From contig OX597838.1 of assembly GCA_951406725.2 (NCBI GenBank), forward strand, positions 1,798,001-1,862,000: a DNA stretch of 64,000 nt, in the 5' to 3' direction. This document shows positions 14,843-30,163 of this stretch, piece after piece. Below the pieces are notes generated by a model, which saw only the letters and a list, made by a program, of their open reading frames with translations, did not search any database and had not been told where the DNA came from. Every line of letters starts with the position of its first letter. The stretch's first letter is position 1. The stretch is from Octopus vulgaris (taxonomy: Eukaryota). Position numbers and translations under genes: made by a program.

Positions 14843-14985
14843 CGATGGGCTTCTTTCAGTTTCCATCCACCAGATTCACTCATAAGACTTTGGTAGGCCC
14901 GAGGTTATAGTGGAAGACACTTGCCCAAGGTGCTACACGGTGTGACTGAACCCGGACCATCTTTCCACACAGCAACACCTGCGCT
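14843..14985 (-). mobile_element. SINE family 1, reverse orientation
   Basis: ggcttctttcagtttcc...gaagacacttgcccaaggtg...actgaaccc is the reverse complement of the family-1 head. Confidence 0.8.
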
Positions 14986-16658
14986 ACCTCAAGTCTCAGC
15001 ACCAAACTCTGGAGTGGTAAACCAAAGTAAGCTTTCATGGTATATACCTATTAATTTAGGTCAGTCAACGGAAATTCCTCGCAAAGATATTTCTAAGCTA
15101 CCACATCACAAAATTAGTTGTTCCTCTCGCGCCACCATTATTAATTTCACTTATAATAATAAACTCTAAATAGCTTTTTTATCCTTTTCCCTTATCGTTT
15201 CAGAACTCCGTTGTTTCCTCCAACTAAAACTGATATAAGACTATGTGAAATAATTAAGATTTACCCCTAATTAATTTTAATTAAAATTTTAATTAAAGTA
15301 CAAATTTTGCAGATATCTTATTAAACAAAATGAAATCTAAATAGCTACTTAATAACTTAGAAATTTTAATGACTTTATCACCAAAAATAAGTTATTTTAT
15401 AAATTATAAATTTTAGGTAATACGCTAAGCTAGCTTCACTTTAATGACTTACTTTCAATTTGTTTTGAAATTTTACTTCAAATAATTTGTTACAAACTAA
15501 AAAAACACCTTCATTTTTAATTCAAGATGTTTTAGTTCATTATTTCAGGAACTTTTACAATCACAGACATGTAAACATTTAAATAACCTAAACATAAACC
15601 CAAGCATATTCCTCCTTTCAGCTCTTTAACCCTAAACCGTCATATCTGCTCCCTTCCAAGAACCAGATATTGTCCACATTCCTCCACGCACTTTGCCCAA
15701 TCAAATTGGTTCTCCGTTCTTAGGATGCCTCGGTTCTCTCACTCCAGCCGTCAACTGGTCTATCTTCAGCATCTCAGACTTTGTCTTACATTTCTAAAAC
15801 ATTTCTCCACCGCAGCTTCAGAATTATCGCATCAAATGTCACAAGCAACAAAGTATGTGTTTGTGCGCGCGCGTGTGTGTGTCTGTGTGTGCGTGTGTTT
15901 GTGTATGTGTAAGTGTATGTGTCTATCTATCTATCCATTTATCTATCTATCTATTTATCTGTCTATCTACACAAACACACACACACACACGGCTGAGTAG
16001 GTACGAAATATGTGTGCGGAAGTGAACCAAGCAATATCGTATATTTTCGCGTTAATAACTCGATCAATAAGATATGCTACCCATCATCCATAACAGACTG
16101 GTCGACCTCCTGTTAAAATAATTAGCAACATTATCAGTTGATAATTATTATCGAATTCACTTGATGCGAAAATAATTATTTCGTTTCTATTCATTTATAC
16201 TTCAGTTGATTAACACGTGTAATCTTGGGAGCTATCTGGAATGTTCTAAACAGAATAAAACACATACACGCACAGTCCACACACAGTCCACACACATACA
16301 CACATGTACGCATACATGTATATCTATCAATCGATTTACCTCTCTCTATATATATATTATAGATATATGTGTATATATATATAAGTGTATGTGTGTGTGT
16401 ATATAGATATATATATATATAATATACATGCATATGCACACGTATATATATATTTGTATAAACATATTTCCCACTTTATGTGGTCTTTACTGTGATGCAT
16501 CCAGACTTCCTTTCCCTATAATTTCTTTGCCTCAAATTAATTATAATTATTTATAATCGTATGTTTAGTCCTTCTTAAGTCAAGAATCAGTTGAGTTCAC
16601 GTGTACTCTGCTGTCTGTAGTCACATCAATTGTGTTATTATCGTATAACATGGCTTAA

Positions 16659-16735
16659 GGCGGCGAGGCGGCCAAATTTTCAGCACGCCGGACAAAATAC
16701 TTAGCGGCATTTCGTCCGGCTTTACATTCTGATTT
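16659..16735 (+). mobile_element. SINE family 2, truncated
   Basis: ggcggcgaggcggcc...agcacgccggacaaaatacttagcggcatttcgtccggctttacattctga matches the 18368 and 25609 copies. Confidence 0.75.
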
Positions 16736-16740
16736 TAGTT

Positions 16741-16772
<32 letters not shown>

Positions 16773-16860
16773 CATACATACATGCATGCATGCATACATA
16801 CATACATACATACATACATACATACATACATACATACATACATACATACATACATACATA

Positions 16861-17075
16861 CGGGATATGTAACACACATCCTAAATACCAATCTTGAGAA
16901 ATTAGGCATCTCAAAACCAGAAAGGAGAAAGCTAATTCGAAGACTACAGATCCTATCCATCACTGGAACTGTAAAAATCTGTAAAACTTTCCAGAAGTCT
17001 AACATTTAAATATATATATGAGCACGTCTAGATATGCAGCTTTTATGCATGAAAGCACATACATAAAGCATGGCA
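16861..17075 (+). mobile_element. 3' end of an R4/Dong-like REL non-LTR retrotransposon adjoining (TACA)n
   Basis: GYVTHILNTNLEKLGISKPERRKLIRRLQILSITGTVKICKTF* parallels the C-terminus of the 31453 element (G...IQKIALLGTAHILRRTL). It starts directly after ~115 nt of (CATA)n. Confidence 0.65.
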
Positions 17076-18155
17076 AATATCTTGGTCTTTAGCAGAGGAA
17101 ATGGCTCAGTGTGATCTGCAACAAGTTTCGCATTGTGATTCCTGTTCTCGGTACCATACAGCAGATATATCTGATTTAGTGAAGGTGTGCAGTCTCCGAA
17201 TATCTATTTTATTGACCCGAGAACTAGCAAATACCAATTTCGCCTTGATGAGAGTTGAAACCAGACTTTAGTGTAAAACAAAAAGTCTACTAGCTTTATT
17301 ATAACTTTATTGCAGACAAGACTACTAGCTATATATGTGCTAGAATATTGATGAAGAATGCAGTAAATGTGGTATAATTACTGCTATGATAGAGTAGAAT
17401 ATATAAGTAATAAGGAAAACGGTTGCGTCTGAAATATATTTGTGATTCCACGAAATATAATCGGAATCAATGTAGTGAAACCGCTTGCAAATATGCCTCA
17501 TCACCAAGCTTCACATTCTTGATAAAGGACCTGCAACGCGAAACATAAACCCACTTTCTGTCTTCAAGTCAACGATAAGTATTTGAACTAGCGCACAGCT
17601 ATGTGTGGCCGACGCTGAACTACACTTGTGTCCGCCCCACCACCCTATTTGGAGATTTAACGGTCGATAGAAATCTTTCCGTTTCTTACATGGAATTGTC
17701 GATGGGTTACTAATTAACTAAACTAAAATAAGCACTTAACCCTGGTAGCTGTGTCTGTAAGTGAAATTGTTACAATTCTTTGCTAATCCTTGCAGCTATA
17801 CAAATTGTTTCTAATGTTGTGAGGAAATGACCTGACTAATCTAAAGTGTGACTGAATTATTGAATTAAAAACGATACGACAGCTGGAGGGTGTGTCTCAC
17901 ATCCCCCAGTGTGATCAATGTTACGGCTGGAACCATACACAATGCCTTTCCGTAAAAACAGAGACGAAGAACTAATCACAACAGACGCATGTTTCATGAA
18001 GCAGCAACATTTTACTGTTGTAGATACTGTTACGGTATTTTTTCACAGCGCATGCGCTAATCTTGCCTGTTTGTATGCATGAGTTCAGATGTACTTTGGG
18101 ACACAGAAAACGAATCTTTTGATGTGTAATTTATTGTTTGAGACATGATTTAAAG

Positions 18156-18203
<48 letters not shown>

Positions 18204-18235
18204 ATTATTATTATTATCATTATTATTATTATAAC

Positions 18236-18289
<54 letters not shown>

Positions 18290-18297
18290 CATTATTA

Positions 18298-18366
<69 letters not shown>
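18156..18366. repeat. (ATT)n microsatellite
   Basis: About 70 units with few interruptions. Confidence 0.97.
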
Positions 18367-18367
<1 letters not shown>

Positions 18368-18560
18368 GGCGGCGAGCTGGCAGAATCGTTAACGCATCGG
18401 AAAAATGCTTAACGGCATTTCTTCTGGCTTTACGTTCTGAGATCAAATACTGCCGAGGTCGACTTTACCTTTCATCCTTTCGCCGTCGATAAAATAAATA
18501 CCAGTTGAGTACTGGGGTCGATATAATCGACTTAACCCCTCTCCCAAAATTGGTGGATTT
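18368..18560 (+). mobile_element. tRNA-derived SINE family 2
   Basis: ggcggcgagctggcagaatcgtta...ttacgttctgagatcaaatactgccgaggtcgactttacctttcatcctttc...actggggtcgatataatcgactt. Confidence 0.85.
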
Positions 18561-18754
18561 TGAAAAAATTTAAAATCAATAATTTAAAACAGTAAGAGTA
18601 ATAATTTTTATAATTGCTAAAAATTTAATTAAATACCATTATGGATTTGAAAAAAAAAATATTCTGTTAAGAAAATATTTTTCATGCGCGCACGCGTACA
18701 TTCACACTATATATCGTATATACACCTACATGCATTCATCTATGTTTCTACACA

Positions 18755-18815
<61 letters not shown>

Positions 18816-18916
18816 CACATACACACACACGTATGTACACTCACACATATATTCCGTATACGTACCTACACGCACTCACATATGTTTATACATGTATATA
18901 AATGCATAATATACTC

Positions 18917-18957
<41 letters not shown>

Positions 18958-19084
18958 CATACGTACACACATTTACAACACATGGCGATCATATAGTAAA
19001 GTGTGTGTGTGTGTGTGCATATACTTGTGTGCTCTACTGCTTCCCATTGGCTCTTTCTTATCGTCTTTATTTCTTCTTAATTAG

Positions 19085-19286
19085 CAGCGGCGGCGATGGC
19101 GGTGGCGCAGGGAGGCCTGCTGGAGAAAATGGTGCTGCCTTGAAGAACGTCTCTCAATATACAGCAGATGGTAAAGTTTCATCGGCCAAAGGCAATATTG
19201 AATTTGAGAAGGAAAAGTTTACCGAATGCAAGAAGCTGACTGGTCAAGTGTTATTAGAAGTCCAGAAAATACTCGAAGACAAGTTG
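19085..19286 (+). CDS. Internal coding exon of the same gene (SGGDGGGAGRPAGENG...KFTECKKLTGQVLLEVQKILEDKL)
   Basis: Pyrimidine tract ttcttcttaattag then exon. The phase-2 start (AG+C = Ser) matches the 9323 donor. Strong phase-0 donor TTG|GTAAGA. Non-repetitive, helical sequence. Confidence 0.8.
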
Positions 19287-20563
19287 GTAAGATGGAATCA
19301 TGTGTTTTATCGATCTTCGTTAGCGGAAGGATCCGTGATACACACACACACACATGCAGACCGACACACACACACACACACACACTATAATGATCAAGTG
19401 ATCAATACACTCTACAGTGAAGATGCACTTCCCTTTCGTTGACAAACTGAAATATATATGTATTTATATATATATATGTTTTGTGTGTGTATGTGTGTAA
19501 AATTATATGTATGAATGTCTATGAATATATGCATATATGCATATATACATATATACATATATACATATATACATATATACATACATATACATATATATAT
19601 ATATATATAATCATGAATACATATACATACACACATACATATATACATCTATGCCCACACACGTATATGTATATACACACACACGTACGTACGCATCTAT
19701 AAATAAATCGATTAGTAGATAGTGTTAACACATTTAATGCATGGAGTCTTAAAAAGCTAACATCCAATAAATATAAGGTTAGCTAGATTGAGAGATCGAT
19801 AGGGAGAGAGAGATAAGGGGTAAGTGTTAACATCTTTAATAGATGGAACGTATAAGAGTTAAGTCGAAATAAATATATAATAACGGAGATAGAGAGAGAG
19901 ATAAACACGTGGTTAGACTGGCTGCTAATCAGACAACGAGTTAAGTTAATGTTAACATATAAAGTAACACTTAAAAATTGGTTCCATCTAATCGGTTATG
20001 GCCAATCTATTACAAGGGCGACACTGAGTCTGGGAAAGAAATCGATAATATTTAGATTTATATAGCAAAGACGTGAAGAATTACAGACATTGTGGAACCT
20101 CCCGAACAATGGATTTCACTAGTTTGAAATGCTCCAGCTGGGACATTCGAAACGTCTCAGTTATATTTTAGAAAGTGAATGAAAATATTTCAAACTCCAT
20201 CTACATCAGCCCACCCTGTCTGAGAGTCTCAAGAAAAGGTCACTGCCATTAACCCTTCCTCGTCCATTTACAAATTTAATTAGAAATGTCAACATATATA
20301 CACATATCTATATCTATTGACATATGTATGTGTGTATGTATGCATATATATGTGTGTGTGTGTGTATGCATATATATGTGTGTGTGTATGTATATATCTT
20401 AATACATGTATAAAAGTGTTTCTATACGTATGTACATGTACGTATGCACGTTCATACATATTTATATTTATATATATACATACATACATATATATTATAT
20501 GACAGACAGATAGATAGATAGATAGATACATAGACAGACAGATAGATAGATACATAGACAGAC

Positions 20564-20636
<73 letters not shown>

Positions 20637-20652
20637 TACAGCAGTTAATGTT

Positions 20653-22221
<1,569 letters not shown>

Positions 22222-22424
22222 TTTTTCTAACTGTTCGTAGTGTTTTATGTAAGATTGTATCTTATACATGCCTATAACAAACTTTTTACTTGTTATTTTC
22301 ATATTCTAAATGCTTACTATAGCAAGCTATTATTTTGATATTAAGAATATTTATTTGAAATATATCTTTTTGGCCCCCGTCCCGCCCCAAAAAGTTTGAT
22401 TTGTTCTACTTGAACTTATTTTTT

Positions 22425-22545
<121 letters not shown>

Positions 22546-22978
22546 GTATCTATATATGTATATGTATACCTCGTATTCCCTGCCGTAAGACTTCACTCCC
22601 ACACACGGCAGCTTCATTTAATTCGGCCATAATCGAAAGACACTTGTTATGTCCTGTTATTTGCATTTGTATTTGTAGGCCATTTCTCCGCTTTTTTCCG
22701 TCCTTGTTTTGTATACATTCACTGCTTTCTTCCAAGGAATCTAGTACTCTTAGCTTAGTTTTTCCTTGGGGGTGGCAAGATTGGAGCAATCTCGAGTATA
22801 ACCAGCCGAAATTGCAAAGATAATCTGGAACTCGACTGAGGAAAGAAAACTTTGAATGATCCGTCCGTGTTTTTTCTTGTCCCTTTTTTGTATCACCCAG
22901 CTGTCTGGATGTTTTGCGTTCTTGTCCTATTATCTGAATTCCTTTATACATACATGCATACATACATATATACATACA

Positions 22979-23075
<97 letters not shown>

Positions 23076-23451
23076 TTATATATATATATCTATATATATA
23101 TATATTTATACACATTTATATACATATGTATATATATACATATATATATGTGTGTGTGTACATATACATATGTGTATATACATACATATATACATATATA
23201 TACCTACATACATATATACATGTGTGTGAATCTCTCTCTCTCTCTCTCTACCTACCTATCTATATTTCTATCTATCTATAACTATGTTTGGGTACTACTA
23301 AATAATTGGTTTGGTAGAAATTGCTAAAAATCTTTTATCATCATCATCATCATGGTTATTATTATTATTATTATTATCATTATTATTATTATTATTATTA
23401 TTATCATTATCATCATTATTATTATTTGTTTGTTTGTTTGTTTGTTTGCAG

Positions 23452-23559
23452 TCCGAATTGCAGCATGTCTACCAAGAAAATGTTGACTATTATGTCGAAC
23501 TGTCGAGAATGCAAGAAAGTAGGATTCAGGAACTGGAGAAGGAAATCCGTAACTATAAG
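23452..23559 (+). CDS. Coding exon of the same gene, coiled coil (SELQHVYQENVDYYVELSRMQESRIQELEKEIRNYK)
   Basis: Acceptor (tttg)n-cag. 108 nt, phase 0/0, compatible with the 19286 donor. Donor AAG|GTCAGT; if unspliced the frame stops at 23580. Heptad-like pattern continues the helix of the previous exon. Confidence 0.78.
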
Positions 23560-23649
23560 GTCAGTTTGGTGTCCCCTTAAAACTTAAAACATCGCTTTTC
23601 ACTAATTTCACCACTTATTAAGTTTCAAAGAAAAAATTTCTTTTCCATG

Positions 23650-23890
23650 AACAGAAGTCATGTTTTTCCTCCATTTCACAAGAGTCTGGAATGTTCCTCA
23701 CTGTGTCTCTGGAAAGATCTCCGAACGTCTCCTCGATGTTGGCCGCCAGCTCGGCCTCGCTCTTGCAGGAATCGGATTTCTCAGCTGTGCTCCACATGTA
23801 CAGATCTCATCTATTTCTGTCCAGCCTCTCTGCATCAGCAACTCCCTGGACCCTTTACTGTTGTCTATCATTACCTTGTACATTACTACA
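23650..23890 (-). mobile_element. Decayed Tc1/mariner-type transposase C-terminal remnant
   Basis: Minus frame MWSTAEKSDSCKSEAELAANIEETFGDLSRDTVRNI resembles the post-catalytic W..VE.......EL...I...F..L..DTVRN segment of IS630/Tc1 transposases. Confidence 0.5.
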
Positions 23891-23901
23891 GGATGACTGA
23901 A

Positions 23902-24205
23902 GGCGCGTGGCTTAGCGGTTAGAGTATTCGGTTCACGATCGTATGGTTGGGAGTTCAATTCCAGGCAGTACGTTGTGTCCTTGAGCAGGACACTTTATTT
24001 CAAGTTGCCACAGTTCACTCAGCAGGTAAAATGAGTTGTACCTGTAATTCAAAGGACCAGCCTTGTCACACTCTGTTAACATGAGAACTAGGTTAACAGT
24101 ACACCTGTCTATGGAGTACTCAGCCACTTGCATGTCAGTTTCACGAGCCGGCTGTTCCGTTGATCGGATCAACTGGAGCCCTCGTCGTCGTAACCGACGG
24201 GGTGG
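23902..24205 (+). mobile_element. tRNA-derived SINE family 3 with CORE-like central domain
   Basis: A box tggcttagcggtt and B box gagttcaattcc, then gtgtccttgagcaggacactt...aaaatgag, which resembles the CORE-SINE domain. Confidence 0.7.
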
Positions 24206-25608
24206 CCAGTTTATTGCAGGGTTGATTATTTAGAGTTATTCCAGAACTGTTCCTACCTTATGGTAACTATTTCCAGCCACACGAACTGGGGCCGTTGAGG
24301 TTTTAATGTTGTGTTCCAGATATTCAACTCATGATGTTAACAAGGTATAAAACATCAATTGGTTATTTGGTTTGGTGGTATTAAACCCATTCGGCCATAC
24401 CACCATAATTGTTGAGGGACATAATTATGACCCGATCTTACCCTGTCCCCCAATAAGCAAGGATCCTCTCCATGGAGTTTAAGGTGATCCGTTAAAGAGT
24501 CCCGATATATAAAGAGGATGTTATGCTTGACAAAAGGGTGTCAGGCTCATGGATAATCATTTTGGAAATTACCTTCGAAATTCTTTTCCTTTTTGTTCAG
24601 TTAAATGTCTTCAGGCACTGAGACAAGAACCCCCATTGATGTGGTAAAGAATATTATGTTCATACCTGGAACTGGATTTGTCAGCGCCTGATTCTGAAGA
24701 AATCACAGATGAGAATCCATGCAGTTCGATTTCTCTCTTTCTCTTACTTTATTTCTTTCTCTCTCCCCTCTCTCACTCTCTCTACACCTCCTCTCTCTCT
24801 CTCTCTGAACATATGTACGTGTGGTTGTAATAAAATCAACAGATGGAATAGATTTGTTAATGTCGACAAAAAAATAAATGTCTGGCGAGTGTTTTGCGTA
24901 ATAATATTACATAAAGCACGGAGCAGTCTGTAGCTGCAGCCACTAACATTTTTATTCCGGCAGATCCTAGGAATGGTAACAGAAAATCTTTCTACGTAAT
25001 CACTATTGTTTCTGATATATATTTTACAAGTTTATTTCTTATTTTCATCCATACAAACATCCATCCATCTATGTCTTTTTTTTTTTATCAGCTGCCCTGT
25101 TTCCTTTCTGACTTTTCTTAACTTACCGTTCCCCTTTTTCTTCCCACACCGTTAAAAGATCAAAGAAACAACTGATAAACTTTAAGGTCAGTCTGCGCAT
25201 GTCTTCTTGCTGTAGCTCGTGTTCTGCCTGTAGATCGTGTCGAGTCATTTGTCGGAATGCCACTTCATGTTCGTATGTTGTTGTTGTTGCACTTATTTGC
25301 TGCACATCCGCCTTCATTCACCAACATCCCTCATCGTCCTACTCTGTGCCAGACAGTCATTTACCAAACACTCAAAAGCAGCTCATTTATTTATTTATTG
25401 ATTCATTTATTTGACAGGTTGGTCACAAGTGGAACGGCGGTACAATGACACTTTATATGTCGTCTGACGTAAACTGGGTGGGGGTGGGGAGTATGTTATT
25501 TTCAGATTTGGACTAAATAGCTTCTGTAAAATACATTCACCCTGGGACCAGATGCTGACGTTCTCATGACCTGAAGGTCACTGTTAAAAGGTATAAACTG
25601 ATAAACCA

Positions 25609-25845
25609 GGCGGCGAGCTGGTAGAAACGTTAGCATGTCGGGCGAAATACTTATAGCGGTATTTCGTCTGCGGTTACGTTCTGAGTTCAAATTCCACCAA
25701 GGTCGGCTTCGCCTTTCATCCTTTCGGGGTCGATTAAATAAGTACCAGTTACCCACTGAGGTCGATATAATCGACTTAATCCGTTTGTCTGTTCTTGTTT
25801 GTCCTCTCTGTGTTTAGCGTCTTGCGGGTAGTAAAGAAATAGGTA
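25609..25845 (+). mobile_element. tRNA-derived SINE family 2, near full length
   Basis: Same head and gagttcaaattcc B-box as the 18368 copy, with extended 3' part to gtaaagaaatag. Confidence 0.85.
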
Positions 25846-26439
25846 TAAACTGATAGCGTGGAAAACATTGGCAATTTCTGTGCCTCTAGAATTTACCATT
25901 CTTTCTAGAGACAGTTTCTTCACCAAGAAAATAATGGAGATAGTGTTGAATGTTGGACGAAGCACTGAAAACAACCATCTCCATATGACTTTCATGCTGT
26001 ATTTATAACTGGGGTTCATAATTCACAAGCTTTAATCCCGTAACACATGAAATTGTTGTGTTTATTGGCGCCCATCTTACTCCGTTAGGTGGAGAAAAAA
26101 GATTGTTCAAGAACTGCCAATGGTTATCGGTGAATACATGGAAAAAATGAGCAAAATAGTGAAGTGAAGGATGATTTTGCTGTGTTTGAAGAATTTGGTG
26201 TTCTTGAAGATGAGTATACCATTCTAGTTTCGAGATTCTTAAGGTGGTAATTTCAGAATAAGAGATAATTTAGAAAAGATTGGAGTTTTAGAAATAGAAG
26301 CAAGAGGGAGAAAGCAGTGACCGGAACAGGGTGAGAAAGAGTGGGAGGTGACACAGCTCGAAGTTAATGTCAACATAAATTATGCAGGCCCGGCATGCTG
26401 GGCACAACGAGATATTCTCTCTCTCTCTCTTTCTCTCTC

Positions 26440-27400
26440 TCGTGTCCCCTTTAAAAGCTTTGATAAGGTGTATTTTGCCCGAAATATTAAACCATTAAAT
26501 ATCTCTTTCGATAACGTTATGATTTTGGCCAACAAAAGCTCGTCAAGTAGAGCGATAATTTTCCATAGTAGCAATGTTAGGAATCGTAATTCGTTCCCAG
26601 AAAAACATTTCACCTATAAATTTGATAAAACTCATAAATAAATGGCAATAAAACAAGAGTAAAATGTAAAGAATATTTTATGGAAAGTAAAAAGAATGTC
26701 AAGATCATTTATAATTAAAAAAATAATATAATCGTTTTCTGAATCCCTTTCACTCGCACTAGACTCGAGCACACATCTAAATAATAATGTCAGTCGATCT
26801 TTGGCAACTTAAAAACCAGGCAGTGCAGATTCTTCCTTACAAATATAGCATCTGGAAGGCATTCGTTTGCAGAAAAGTCTTGTTTCATCGCTATTAAAAA
26901 TCAGTTGTGACATGGAATCTCCTTCTTCAATTATGTCTGCCAATGTCTCTGGAAATTTTTCTGCTGCATCGACATCAGCGCTTGACGCTTGCACTTTGAC
27001 GGAATGCCACCCAAATCGATTTTAAAGCGATCAACCCATCCTCTCTTTGCAACAAAAATTTTATTTGTGTCACCTTCCATTTCTTTAAGCCTACTGAAAA
27101 GCGACATTGCTTTGCTTTGCTTCGAATCGATGCTTCATTGACATTCATATGCATGCGTTGTGTTTTGACAGTTATCCATGCATTTCAAAGATTTTCCAAT
27201 TCGGAATAATGCTTCCGGAATAAAGCTTCCAGCATCTTTTTTCCGAACCCAGGTTAATAACAAAGGCTGTGCATTTCTAACTTGGGATAAATGTTTTTTT
27301 GGTTTTTCTTTGAGAATTGTACAGGCACGTGACGAATTAAGTGGAAATTTGTCACAAATGTGTTTCATAGTTGTACCGCCATCGTACATTTTTATAATTT
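26440..27400 (-). mobile_element. pogo/Tigger DNA transposon remnant
   Basis: Fragments in order: HTH-like MYDGGTTMKHICDKFPLNSSRACTILKEK, then ASSADVDAAEKFPETLADIIEEG...IFNSDETRLFCKRMPSRCYICKEESALPGF (pogo FN.DETGL.WK.MP motif). Frameshifted. Confidence 0.85.
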
Positions 27401-27439
27401 GATATATATATATATGTGTGTGTGTGTGTGTATGTGTGC

Positions 27440-27480
<41 letters not shown>

Positions 27481-27941
27481 ATATAGCGTTATCTGGTGTT
27501 CTGAGAATTAGGGTAACCGTGCTCCGTTGCGAAGTCATAACTGAGGTTCGATCCTGCCTTTCTTTATTGAGGTCAGTTTTGCAACTTTACGACTTTACTC
27601 CTGTCTGCCATTCTTTTTTTTTGACCACTAACCGACTTCACTGTACAAACTGTCCTCAACTGACCTCTCTGTATGACCTCTCCTCAACTGACCTCATCTC
27701 AAATAATCTCTTCTCAAATGACCTCAATGTATGCGCTCTCCTTAACTGACCTTGATCAACTCAAACTGGAGTTGAAGTGTTCAATATATGGTCACTAACT
27801 TCGCTAGAAATAACAGTAAAATCGCAGCAAAGCCTCTCTATCACAATTCAGTATTTCGTGCTTAAAATAAAACCTCAATAATTTCAACCCGACATTATTA
27901 CGAAATATTGCTGTTGTTATTGTTGTTAGAAGTAATTTTTT

Positions 27942-27985
<44 letters not shown>

Positions 27986-28856
27986 TGCTGTTGTTGTTGT
28001 TGTTCTAGATGTTGGTGCTTTATGAATGATTGTTCTAATTATCATTATAACATGTTGCTGTTTTTTTTTACCTCTGAAATGTATTTTATTCACTTTATTA
28101 GTTTCAGTTTTAGGTTTCAAAGCATTGCTTCAACGCCATAAACTGCGGTGACTGTCTTGCGAAATTAACTCGAATCGACGCGTAACACAACAGCTCCATC
28201 TGCCGGTGCAGACAGCATTTCGTCTGCCGATGTAATCGTGCTCCTTAGCACCATGCATCGGCGGGAGAGGATTTCTTTGAACGATTACTACTGCAGTTTA
28301 TGGCGCTTAAACAACACATTCATATTAAGTGTGCGTGTGTGTATATATAAATATATATATAGTCACCATGCTTGATCGCTAAATCCACAAGTTTTTTATT
28401 CTCTCTCTGTTTATTTTCTCTTATTTTCTGTTGAAGAGCGTCGGCTCGAAACGTAAAAAAACCTTTTCATTTTATCCGAACGTCGAAATAATACACCTGT
28501 CTTCGTCTTTTGTTTTCTGGTAATTTCAACTATATATATATGTGTGTGTGTGTGTGTGTTTGTTTGTATGTATGCATGTATATCAGAATTAGAATGGATT
28601 TTAAAATCCTGGCCGATATCAATGATGTCCTGTAAACGATATCCAACAATGAGATAACAATGAATGCAAGTAGAATTAACATCGAAGCTAATTCCTCAGG
28701 TTTGACAAGTTAACCTGTGTTTTCGGATACGTTAATTTGATTTGATGTTTTCTGTGTCTAAACCTGTTGACACAACAGAAACGATGCTTCATATTATTTG
28801 GTGGAATCACCAATTAAAGATGGAATCCTCCCCATTCTTAGTTTTTGTTTTATATA

Positions 28857-28932
<76 letters not shown>

Positions 28933-29580
28933 TATACATAAATATGTATGTAGGCAAATAGAATCATGCCATTTGTTGTACAACGATTGTATTATATTTA
29001 TCTATTTGTTTCGTGAGGAAGGACTAAGTTAGTGCAGGATATGAGTGTAGTGGTGGGCACGGCTGAGGAGCGACATGCGTGTGCCGAGTGTTGATGTCTG
29101 TCAAGCAATGATGTGTATCATTGTGGTTGATAGGGGAGCCATGCACCGTGGCGGTGTTTCAGTCGTAGCTTTTGGCGATTGAAAAATTGCCTGGTAATGA
29201 GAGTGGTGCACTCAGCAATAAGGGGGACAGAGTATTTGACCGGGTGACGCGGTTCCCATTTCATGGAATTCCACAGCCTGATAGTACGATTTTAGATATC
29301 AGGCTATAGTTGTGGATGAATGAAGTGACAGATAGATAGATGGGTAGAGAGATAGATAGACAGATAGATAAATATATAGACAGACAGACAGATAAATAGA
29401 TTGATCGATAAATGCAATGATAAGCTGATAGACAGAAATGTAGATAGACAGAAATGTAGACAGACAAACAAGTAGATTGTTAGAGAACTAGAGAGATTGA
29501 CAGACAGACAGATCGAAAGGTAGGTAGGTAGGTATATAGATGGATAGATAGATAGATGGACGGATGGATGGTTGGATGGA

Positions 29581-29689
<109 letters not shown>

Positions 29690-30118
29690 GTAAAGAGAGA
29701 TCTGAGAAATGGAAGTGTTTAGTAAGGTTCGGGTCCAAGTGTGGGGTGTATGGTTATAGGACACTGGTCATTTTCTTCAGTAGTGGCCAGCTTGGTTTGA
29801 AGTGGATGGTCATAGTTTGTGATTTGGTGCGGGTCTGTAGGGAAGATAATGAAACTGGTTGTTATGGGATGAGACAAGTTTGGAGGAGATGGAGTTTCTG
29901 TTTGCCGTGTGGGCTGCGATGGAATGTTGACAGCCAGTGTATAATGGCAGCTGTTTCATTAGTATCGCTGCTGCTGCTGTTGTTGTTGTTGTTACTGGTA
30001 TATTATTGCTGTAGTCATTATTTCTGCTGATATAAAAGCTGTCGTTTGAAAGAATCGGTGTATGTGCGTGTGTGTGTGTATATATGTGTGCGTGTGTGTG
30101 TGTGTATGTGTGTGCGTG

Positions 30119-30163
<45 letters not shown>

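Noticed and set aside
18684-19442. 252-aa ORF as a whole gene
   Set aside because: Only 19085-19286 is exon-like; the flanks are (CA)n/(TA)n.
22570-22935. Complex island between microsatellites with a ccaaggaa/ttccttgg stem
   Set aside because: Probably a dispersed repeat, but no diagnostic motif or second copy is present in the window.
24601-24621. Possible terminal exon LNVFRH* after ttttgttcag
   Set aside because: Too short to distinguish from chance; other acceptors such as 25092 and 42843 fit equally well.
25123-25360. Minus-strand helical-looking ORF (HEVAFRQMTRHDLQAEHELQQED)
   Set aside because: No supporting splice context. It may be a decayed RTE 3' end (LAQSR...), but the evidence is too thin to call either way.
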